The position numbers were made by a program, and so were the translations under genes. Below the pieces are notes generated by a model that saw only the letters and a program-made list of their open reading frames with translations, did not search any database and was not told where the DNA came from. This document shows positions 45,520 to 54,384 of a DNA stretch of 64,000 nucleotides, in pieces. The stretch covers positions 137,238 through 201,237 of the forward strand of contig CAWFSB010000059.1 of assembly GCA_963818355.1 (NCBI GenBank), written 5' to 3'. The stretch is from an uncultured Acidobacteriota bacterium (GTDB lineage: Bacteria; Acidobacteriota; Vicinamibacteria; Fen-336). Numbering within the stretch: position 1 is the first letter of the stretch; each line of letters opens with the position of its first letter.

Positions 45520-46351
45520 CGCCCTCGAGGACTCCCCGAGGCGCATACCCCCAGTCGCGTCGCGCCTCGTCGTAGGCAAAGGCCTTGTCCTCGCCGAGCC
45601 TGAGAACCTGCTCGGCCGAGACCCGGGGGGGGAGACCGAGGCGGTGCCACAGCCCGGCGAGCGCGGCCACGGGACGAAGTGGCAGAGGCAGGAGAAGAGG
45701 CCGACGGCCGAGCAGGACGCCAATGTGGGCGACGAGGTCGCGGAGAGGAACGGCCTGGGCGCCGGGCAGGTTGTACGACCGCCCGATGGCGGCCTCGCAG
45801 AGCAGGGCATCCGCGGCGGCCGAACCCAGGTCGTCGACGTGCACCGGCTGAACGAGCGCCCGCCCTCCGCCGGGCAACGGCACCACGGGACTGCGGGCCA
45901 CGAACCGGACGAGACGGGAGAGGTTCCGGTCTCCGGCATCGCCGTAGATCATCGTCGGGCGCAGGATCGTGAAGCCTCCCCTCATCGACCGGACGCGGTC
46001 CTCGGCCGCCCGGCGAATGGCTCTCGTGGCGGCCGGCAGCCGCGTGAACAGCGCGGTGGACGAGAAGTAGACCGATCGTGGGACGCCGGCTGCCTCCACG
46101 GCGCCCACGACCCGGTCGGCGTGTCCAAAGCCGAGCGAGGCGACGTGCACGAAGGCGTCGGCCCCATCGAGCAGCCGGGCGAGCGCCCCGGCGTCGGCCA
46201 TGTCGCCCTCCACCGTCGTCGCCTCCGGGGGCAGGTCCCGCCCGGCCGCGGGGGGGCGAACAAGCAGGGTGACGGCGCAACCCCGGCCGAGCAATTCGCG
46301 GACGACGCGCCGCCCGGTGAACCCGGTACCGCCGGTCACGGCGACCCTCAC
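45476..46351 (-). CDS. NAD-dependent epimerase/dehydratase (SDR family)
   Basis: GTG at 46351: VRVAVTGGTGFTGRRVVRELL…ILRPTMIYG…. Intact. Confidence 0.75.
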   Translation of the reverse strand: MRVAVTGGTGFTGRRVVRELLGRGCAVTLLVRPPAAGRDLPPEATTVEGDMADAGALARLLDGADAFVHVASLGFGHADRVVGAVEAAGVPRSVYFSSTALFTRLPAATRAIRRAAEDRVRSMRGGFTILRPTMIYGDAGDRNLSRLVRFVARSPVVPLPGGGRALVQPVHVDDLGSAAADALLCEAAIGRSYNLPGAQAVPLRDLVAHIGVLLGRRPLLLPLPLRPVAALAGLWHRLGLPPRVSAEQVLRLGEDKAFAYDEARRDWGYAPRGVLEGVTGEVRRLREAGWI

Positions 46352-46475
46352 GGGAGTTGTCTTCCCAAGGCGGGTGATGGTGACACGACAGCGCACCCGT
46401 GGCCACCGTCCGCGGCTGTTCGCCCGACGGCTCGCGATGAAGGGAGTGTAAGATGGTGCACTTGGCGGCCACGAG

Positions 46476-47441
46476 ATGACGCCCCGCGCCTCGCCCCCCG
46501 ATGCCGTCCGGGCCCTCCGCCGGCGCAGCACGAGCCCCTATCCACCGGAGCCCCCCAGGGCGCATTCGTTGGTCACCTGGATCGCCCGGCGCGCCAGCCG
46601 GAACGCCTCCTCCCGACAGACACCCCATCTATGCGGGGGCGGCAACGTCGAGAAGACCCGTTACGAGTACGCTGAAGGTCCGGCGTTCGTCGAGACGGTC
46701 TCGCCGTGGCTCCCGGCGGTTCCCCTGACGGGCCGCGCCGTTCTCGACGTGGGCTGCGGCTGGGGCGGCAAGGCGATCTACTGCGCGGTCCACCTGGGGT
46801 CGGAACGCACGGAGGGCTTCGACCTGCCCGGTGTGTTCGAGCCCGAAGTGCCCCTCGCCTTCGCCGCCGAGCTCGGCGTGAACGGCTGCGGCTTTCGCAC
46901 GGGGCATGCCGAGCGGATCCCCTATGCCGCCGGCGAGTTCGACGTGCTCTTCTGCGAGGATGTCCTGGAGCACGTCGCGGATCCCGCCGCCGTCCTCCAG
47001 GAGTGTCGGCGGGTCCTGCGGAGCGGGGGCCTGCTGATCGCGCTCTTTCCTTCGTTCCGGATGCTGGACGCCCACCATCTCGATCGCGCGGCCGCCTGGC
47101 CGGGACTCCACTACCTGCTGTCGATGAAGGCCTGGGCCGGCGGGCTGAATCACTACTTGCTCGAGAACCGGGATGTCACGTTCGAGCCCTTCAGCGAGGT
47201 GGTTGCCACACGATTCCACCCCTGCGTAACCCGCAACCTGAACGGCATGAGCTTTCGCCAGTTCGAGGGGGTCGCGGGAGGCTGCGGGTTGCTCACCCGT
47301 GAGCTGCGACTGTTGCCTCGCCCGACACCCGACACCGGCCGCAGCATCTGGCTGAAGCGCCTGTATCGTCGTCTTTGGCGGGTCGCGAGCCTCCAGGAGA
47401 TCCTGAGCCAGCGGACCCTCTACGTCGCGCTGAAGCCCTAG
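46476..47441 (+). CDS. Class I SAM-dependent methyltransferase (start uncertain)
   Basis: VLDVGCGWGGKAIY…FDVLFCEDVLEHVADP…LRSGGLLIALFP. The first ~50 aa are P/R/S-rich and may not be coding. Confidence 0.7.
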   Translation: MTPRASPPDAVRALRRRSTSPYPPEPPRAHSLVTWIARRASRNASSRQTPHLCGGGNVEKTRYEYAEGPAFVETVSPWLPAVPLTGRAVLDVGCGWGGKAIYCAVHLGSERTEGFDLPGVFEPEVPLAFAAELGVNGCGFRTGHAERIPYAAGEFDVLFCEDVLEHVADPAAVLQECRRVLRSGGLLIALFPSFRMLDAHHLDRAAAWPGLHYLLSMKAWAGGLNHYLLENRDVTFEPFSEVVATRFHPCVTRNLNGMSFRQFEGVAGGCGLLTRELRLLPRPTPDTGRSIWLKRLYRRLWRVASLQEILSQRTLYVALKP

Positions 47442-47444
47442 CTG

Positions 47445-48751
47445 CTAGAGGCCGACTGCGACTTCCCGCGGCGCGACTCGCTGCCATTCGCAGGGGTCGC
47501 GGTCCGGCTCGGAGCGCGGGCAGAAGCGGACCACGCGTTCGTACCAGAAGCGGGTGTCGTAGAGCTCGTAGCCGCGTTGGGCGTAGCGCGCGTCCGGATC
47601 TGGCCTTGGTGCGGCCAGCTCCGGCCGCATGAGCAGTTCCAGGAGCGCGTGCGGATGGCAGCGGTTGGTCATCGAGTCGAGAACACACGGTCTGCCGTCC
47701 AGGACGACCTCCAGGACTTCGTGCGTGTCGGTCGACTGCGGTCCTCGGCCTCGGGGATGGCCCTCTGCTTCCATCGTCACCCACTTGAGGGCGATGCCTT
47801 CTTTCTGGAGCATCCGCGCGAGGACGGCGTTGTAGCCCCCGCACCATGCGAAGCCTCCGCGCACGATGTCCCCGACATCGTTGCTCGCTTGCGACTTCTC
47901 CGGGCTCAGCCGCCGATAGACCCAACCCATGATCTCACTTGCGCGCTGGAGCTCGCTCGCCGGAGCCTTGCGCTTCCAGGCGCGAACGAAAGCGACACGA
48001 TCGAGGGCCCGGGGATAGGGGGGTAGCCCCAGCTCGCGATAGCCGTCGAGCTCCTCGATCTCGATGTTCTGGAATCCGGCGGCGGCGAGCCGGATCTCGA
48101 TCTCATGAGGGGCGGTCACCCACCCGTGCCGAGGCATCGCGGCCCCGTGGCCGCGGGCATCGCACGGGATCGCCGCTACGAGCGCACCGCCATGGCGTAG
48201 CACGCGATGCAGCTCGCGAATCGCGTCGTCGACCGCAGGCTGATGCTCGAGCGTTCCCGCCGCGAGTAGCAGATCGAAAGCGCCGTCGCGCCATGGGAGC
48301 GCCGCGGGAACCGCCACAACCGGCCAGCGTCCGGGCGCCCTGTGGTCCGCGCCAGCCAGAACGTGCGTCGCCTTGCGGCACCAGTCCAACTCGCGATCCA
48401 GGGACGCGCTCCTCCAAACGTCGCCCGACAGCTGAAGAAGCCGGTCGCGATCCCACGGCGCCCGTCGCCACAGCTCCTCGGTGAGGGCTCGACCGGTGGC
48501 CCTCGAGTACGGGACATGGATCACCGCTCGGCTAGGAGCGGCCCTTGGCTCGGCTTCGCGAGCAATGAGATCGGCACGGGCGTGGCTCGCCATCTTCGCG
48601 AGGGTGACAAAGCGCACGCCCTCGTCGCGAAGCCGTAGAAAGCTTGCCGGATTCCCGCCAGACGCAGGTCTCCCTTCGAGTGGCCGATCATGACGAAGTA
48701 GTCACGCCCTAACGCCGCAGCCATCGGGGGCTCCACCAAGCGGTGCGCCAC
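47445..48751 (-). CDS. Fusion: unknown N-terminal region + methyltransferase-like domain + transglutaminase-like Cys-His-Asp core (frame break near 48600)
   Basis: …FDLLLAAGTLEHQP…LRHGGALVAAIP…; then GGFAWCGGYNAVLARMLQKEGIALKWV…THEVLEVVLDGRPCVLDSM. The N-terminus comes from ORF 48521..48751(-). Confidence 0.55.
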
Positions 48752-48762
48752 GGCTCGGGGGA

Positions 48763-49767
48763 TCAGCCGGTTGAGGCGACGAAAGCGTGCGGAGCCCGGC
48801 CCCGACCGACCCCACAGAGCCCGCCGATCCGGCGGGCCAAGCCGGTCGCGCCGGCCGGTTGCAGCGGGCGCGGCGCTCGAGTGTGTCGGCTCTGCAAGAA
48901 GCGCTGTGCGCTTCGCGGCCCCTCATCGCCGTCGAGCAGCCAGCGCTGCCCGCGAACGTGGGTAAACACAGGAATCTCGACGATCCGGGCCTCGTCGCCT
49001 GGCGCGACGAGCTGCGGATCGTACGGGCTCGCGAGGTACGGCTGGTGCTCGGAGAAGGCGAGACGGAAGTCGTAGCCGCGCTCGGAAGACAGCCCCCCGG
49101 CGAAGACGGATGTATCGCAGAGGATGTCGTTCGCGACAAGCGCGTCGTGCAGCCGCTTGAACGGCTGCACCTGGTAGGCGCCGGCCCGGAAGCACGTCAC
49201 TCGATAGCCAGGGTCGACCGGCTCGAGGGCCTGCTCGAGGGCGCGCTTGCACCGGCCGATCAACGCCACGAGGTCGCCCTCGTAGTCGGCGGCGCGAAGG
49301 TAGTCCTGCGGCCCGCTCCAAATCCCAGCCTCGATGCGTGCGCCGAGCTCGGGCAGCCACGATACGTGCAGGTGAAGCTGGACGTCGTGGCCGCGGCGCA
49401 GGGCGTCTCGCCACTGCTCCTCCATCGCCGTCGCTACCGGCGCGTCGTGCTCGCGAAGCCATAGGTACTCGCCCACCTCGGCCATGATCGTGAGCCGCGC
49501 GCCCGACTCGTCGCATACGTCCAACAGGCGTCGGGTGGGGTCGAGCACGTCGTCGTTCCACGAGATGCGCCTACCCGGGGGGACGGGCTGCCAAGTCTCG
49601 TAGTCGAGCGTGATCGCCACAAGCCTCTCTCGACCAGTCGTGCTGTTGCCTGCGACCGCCACGGCAGCATCGTACCCGACTGCTTCGGCGGTCGCCGCCG
49701 TGGCGCCCTGCCTACGCGTCCGCGCCGGGAGCGGCCGGGCTCGTGTGCAGGCGCGTTCTAGACGCAT
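48763..49767 (-). CDS. Polysaccharide-deacetylase-like (NodB/CE4-like) protein, tentative
   Basis: VAITLDYETWQP… (the TFDD-like position) and DVQLHLHVSW (H-x-H). The alternative start is GTG 49620. The family assignment is weak. Confidence 0.45.
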   Translation of the reverse strand: MRLERACTRARPLPARTRRQGATAATAEAVGYDAAVAVAGNSTTGRERLVAITLDYETWQPVPPGRRISWNDDVLDPTRRLLDVCDESGARLTIMAEVGEYLWLREHDAPVATAMEEQWRDALRRGHDVQLHLHVSWLPELGARIEAGIWSGPQDYLRAADYEGDLVALIGRCKRALEQALEPVDPGYRVTCFRAGAYQVQPFKRLHDALVANDILCDTSVFAGGLSSERGYDFRLAFSEHQPYLASPYDPQLVAPGDEARIVEIPVFTHVRGQRWLLDGDEGPRSAQRFLQSRHTRAPRPLQPAGATGLARRIGGLCGVGRGRAPHAFVASTG

Positions 49768-51409
49768 CGTGCGCTGGACCCGGCCGCGCCTCTCGGCGCC
49801 AGGCGATGGGCGAGCGCTTCGACGATGCCGCGCGTGTGCTCTCTCCACGAGTGGCGCTCGACGGCGGCTTTGCGGGCCGCCTCGCCCAGCCGGCGAGCCA
49901 GTGACGCGTCGCCGAGTAGGCGTTCCATCGCCGCGACGAGCGCGTCGACATCGCCCGGCGCGACCAGCAGCGCCGTCCTGTCGTGCTCGAGCACTTCGCC
50001 GATCTGGTCGAGGTCGGAGGCGACGATCGCTTTGCCCATTGCCATGTATTCGAACAGCTTGGTCGGCGACCCGAAGAACGGAGACCCATCCGTGTTCCTC
50101 ACGTGCGGAGAGATCAGGAGGTCGCATGCGGCGAGATGGGCGGGACCCTCTTCCTGCGAAACCACTCCGGTCAGTACGGCGAGGTCCTCCACGCGGTGCT
50201 GCTTTAGCCGCGCTCTCACCTCGGGCATTGTCGCGCCGTCGCCGATCATGAGGAGGCGAACACCGGCGGTCGGGCCACCGCGAAGCGCCACTAGCCGCCC
50301 GAACGCCTCAGCGAGGACCTCTGCCCCGTGCCAACGGCCGAAGGTGCCAATAAAGCCGATCACTCGTGCGTCCGCGAGCCCGTACCGGTCACGGACTGGC
50401 CGCCCGTCGACAGCCGGCGAGTAGCGGTCGATGTCGGCTCCGTTCGGGTTCACGAGTACCCGGTCATCGGCGACGCCGCGACGACGCAGTTCATCCCCCA
50501 GAGCTCGACTCACGACGACCACCAGGTCGGCCGCCGAGAGCAGGGTCTCCTCGACAAGCCGGGCGAGGCCGCGGTAGCGCGGAGGACGTCCCCAGTTCTC
50601 GCCGATCCAGACCTCCGAGCCGTTGTACTCCAAGACCAGCGGCACGCCCAGTCGTCGCGCGAGCTTCAGCCCGGCCGTGCTGCCAAAGCAGTACCGTTGG
50701 TAGACGAACGAAGCCGCTCGCCCGGCGAGCCGTTCGGCGGCGCGCTCGGCAAGGATGCTGCCGAAGTAGAAGTTAGGGAGCTCCTCGAACCCGCAGAAGT
50801 CACTGCCTGGCTTCACGACGTGGGTCTCAAGGTCGCGGCGGACGGTCGGGATCGGGCCGGTCGTCACGAAGACGGGTGGGGCCGTGAAACGGTCGAGGTT
50901 GTTCAGGACGCCGGCCACGTGCCCCACGGAGCCACCCGCCGTGAGGCCGAAGATCAGGTCGCCCCGCAGGTAGACGGGTGGCCGCGCCAGCTCGAGGGCC
51001 GGTGTCGGGCCCCGGGGGCTGCGTGCGAGGGTTCGGAGTTCGAGTCGCAGCCGCACCAGGAGCAGTGGGATGCGAGCCAGCGTCCGCGCGAAGCGGAAGA
51101 ACTCCAGGGCGAGCATGCGTGAACCAATCTCGACGTGTCCCCCTTCGTCGTCGCTGAAAGAGCAGCGGTCATGCGAGAGCAGCCGTAGCAGGAGCGCGGT
51201 CGGGAACGGTTTGGACAGGTGCGCGATGCGGTGCGTGTGCAGCACGACCTCGCGGCGGCTGCACAGCGGCCGCGCAGGATCGTTCCGTCCAGCACCCAGC
51301 CCTTGACCTCCTGGAAGTCCAGCTCGAGCGTGTCGGGCCTGATGTCGGGAGTCGACGCCGGCGGTACCCCGAAGCAGGAGGGCCGTCGGATCACCAGTCG
51401 TTGCTTCAT
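49758..51409 (-). CDS. GT4 glycosyltransferase with N-terminal extension (possible frame break near 51250)
   Basis: The intact 495-aa core is ORF 49758..51245(-): GGSVGHVAGVLNNL, LVLEYNGSEVW, GTFGRWHG, PFFGSPTKLFEYMAMGKAIVASDLDQIG. An upstream ATG at 51409 lies 17 nt after the preceding stop. Confidence 0.8.
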
Positions 51410-51425
51410 CGGACGCAAACGGCGC

Positions 51426-52378
51426 TCAGGGCCATCGGTAAACGCCTCCGAACTCGGTGATCAGGCGGCCGCCGAACCGCTCTTTGAACGTCGCGATCGA
51501 TCGCGACTTCTCGTCGGCGTCGAGGCGGGCGCCACCGAAATCGTAGTCCTCGACGCCGCGATTGCGGAGCCAGCGCATGTTCTCGAAGTGGAGATAGGTC
51601 GTCGCCCCGCGTGGCTTGCCGGGGCTCGAGGCGCCATGCAAGTAGAAGGCGTTGCGGCCATGGTAGAGGACGATCGAGGCAGCGGCGAGCTGGCCCTCGA
51701 CGAACACCGCCGAAAACAGGGCCCGGCCTTGCCTCGCCAGCGTTCGCTCGACCGCGTCGATCAGCTCGGGTGTCGGGCCGGCCTGGCCGTAGGGCTCGTA
51801 GGTCTGGCGGGACAGATCGAGATAGTCGGGAACCGGCAGGCTCGCCGCGTAGCGAAACCCTTCGCGCATCGCCTTGCGCGTGTTCCGCCGGTGCGAATCG
51901 TGAAAGGCTGAGAGCAGAGCGTCGTCGCTGCCCAGTACGGTCACGTAGGAGCTGTACGTCTCGAGCTGGCGGAAGCCGCTCCGCCGCATTGCGCTCTGCG
52001 TGACGCCTCGAACCAGAGAGTACTTGAGCAGGCAGAGTTCCCGCAGCCAGAACCGGCGCCTGAGGAAGCGCATGTACGCTTCGAACAGCTCGTCGCGCTC
52101 GGCCAGCGCACCGTCGGCCACCTGGGGCCCGCAGTCCGCCGAGAGCCACGCGAGCGGCCGCGGGCGACGAGGCTGCCGGCACAGGAGCCACTGGGAGACC
52201 TTCGCCCCCCTGCGCCGGGCCTCCAGGAACAGAGGCAGGCGCCCGAGCGTGCGGTAGAAGTCCGCGTATTCGACCGTGTTGGCGGGGTTCGACCGGTGAG
52301 GCGCGAAACTGTTCCAGCCGGCTGGCGAGCCGCCGAACTCACCCGCGCGCCCGCAAACTCGATCTCGAACGTAGCCAC
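51426..52378 (-). CDS. FemAB-like / GNAT-fold (Acetyltransf_6) acyl- or aminoacyl-transferase (frame break near 52343)
   Basis: GTG at 52378 (TAGTG junction): VATFEIEFAGA / EFGGSPAGWNSFAPH…; C-terminal half …IVLYHGRNAFYLHGASS…YLHFENMRWLRNRGVEDYDFGG…. Confidence 0.6.
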
Positions 52379-53094
52379 TACCTCGCGATCACCACGTCGA
52401 AGCGGAACTTCCGGAACAGGTAGGGCTTCACCCCGTCGACCTCGAGCAGGGCGCGGCAGCTCCGACAGCCGAGATCGATGGCCCAGGAGTGCAGCTCGTG
52501 GGGGAAGAGGAACAGGATGCCGTAGCCGCCGGTCGGCTGACCCAGCGCCTTCCGGGCGAGACCCACCGCCCGCTCGCGCAGCGGCGGCGGCAGGCGCGCC
52601 TCGCGGAGGTACTCCTTCTCGAGGTAGGCGTTGAAGATGTCGCCGATGTAGACGAAGCCGCCCGGACTGCAGACGCGCACCATCTCGGCGAGGCAGCGCC
52701 TCGCGTAGGCCTTGTCGGGGAAGAGCTGGATCACGGCGTTCAGCACCACCTTGTCGAAGGACGCGTCCGGGAAGCGCAGCGCGTCGGAGTCCATCTGCTG
52801 CAGCTCGACGTTCGGCGCCCGGGCACGAGCTCCAGCACCCCGGCCGAGAGGTCCGTGCCGAAGGCACGCGCACGCGGCGCGCGATCCGCTCGAGCAGCAG
52901 GCCCGAGCCGGCGCCGACTTCGAGCACGACGTCGTCCGGGGGGAACCGGACTAGGCGTCGATGCGCCCGTAGATCGCGTCGTAGACGCCCTCCATGGGCT
53001 TCCCGCCCTCCGTGAAATGAATGGCGAGCATCCGATCGCCGCTCCTGGCGGAGACGTCGAAGCTCTCACGGACGTTCTCCAGCTGCGAAGTCAC
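52378..53094 (-). CDS. Class I SAM-dependent methyltransferase (3 frame breaks between 52800 and 52955)
   Basis: GTG at 53094 with AGGAGG 7 nt upstream. …VLEVGAGSGLLLERIA | FGTDLSAGVLE | …FDKVVLNAVIQLFPD…SPGGFVYIGD…. Confidence 0.65.
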
Positions 53095-54377
53095 GAGCGA
53101 GCCTCCTGGCGTAGAGTGTGAAGCTGACGAAGCACGTCACGTAGGTTATCGACGAGGAGACGGATGCGCCAACGAAGCCGAGCCGTCCGATCAAGACCCA
53201 GTTAAGCACGACGTTGAGCAGCACTAGCCCGGCCCAGATCATGAGCACTGGCCGCGGCAGTCCGACGCTCATCAGGTACGGGAGCGCGAACGTCGCGCCG
53301 TAGGCGACGATGCCTGGCATCAGCCACCGGAAGGCCGGCACGGCGGGGAGGAACTCGGGCCCGAAGAGGAGCCGGACCGCCCAGGGCGCGAGAGCCGCCG
53401 CGACGATCGCGATCGGGGCGAGCAGGGCCAACATCGTGGAGCGTCACCCTCACGGAGCGCCGCCACTGCTGCGGGGGTCGGCGATCGCCGAAAGCTGGGG
53501 GAACAGGATCAAGCTGACAGTGGCGGGGATCATGTAGATCAGGTCCGCGATGTTGACGGCGACCGAGTAGTACCCGATGTGCTCCGCGCCGCGCATGTAC
53601 TGGACCATCAGCAGGTCTACCCGCAGCATAAGGTAGGCGCACAACGACGTGAAGTATGACTTGAGCCCGTAGCGCAGGTGCTCCCGCAGCAGGTCCATCG
53701 ACGGCCGCAGGCGGCCCTCGATGTGCTCGCCGAGACGGTAAAGGCTCCAGAGCAGGGCGACCACGAGAGCGAGCAGACTCGCGGCGTAAGCTCGCGCCGG
53801 TGTGGCCAGACCGAGCCCGATCAGGCCCAGAAGCAAGAGTATTCCGAGGAGCTGCTGGCCGATCTCCACACGGTTGCGCACGCGCACCTGCTGGATGCCG
53901 ATCAGCAGGTTCTGGACCAGCATGCTGGCGAGTCCGAGCGGCACCCACACGAGGCTCAGCCCCAGCAGAGCCCCGTGCACCGGGGCCAGGCCCGGGAAGG
54001 CGGCCAGCACGGCGCCGATGCCCAGCGCGACGAGGCTCCCGAGCCCAAGGCTGAGCGCAAGCGTGTTCGCGGTCAGGGTAGGCAGAAGGTCCCGCTGCCG
54101 GGCGACGAAGTAGGTGTTCGAGGTGTGCAGCCCGAGGTTGCCGAGCTGCATGCAGACTGTCGCGAAAGCGGTAGCGACGGCGAGTTCGCCGCGGCCGGCC
54201 GGGCCCAGCGCGCGGGCCAGCAGCGCCGACACGATTACGCCGAGCGGGGAGCAGGGCTACGCGAGAGACGATTGTGTGGCCCACCTGCCGCGTGAACTCG
54301 GACGGACACCGCGGGCGCCAGAATCGTCCGGGGCTCGAGTCGACCGTGGCCGGGTTGATGGGGCGTTCCTGCGACAA
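53066..54377 (-). CDS. wzx: MOP-superfamily polysaccharide flippase (Wzx-like) (2 frame breaks)
   Basis: …LLARALGPAGRGELAVATAF…; at least 12 helices. Pieces are ORFs 53202..54377, 53450..54232 and 53066..53434 (all minus). Locally lower GC (about 58-60% by hand count on two 60-nt lines). Confidence 0.65.
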
Positions 54378-54384
54378 CTGGCCC

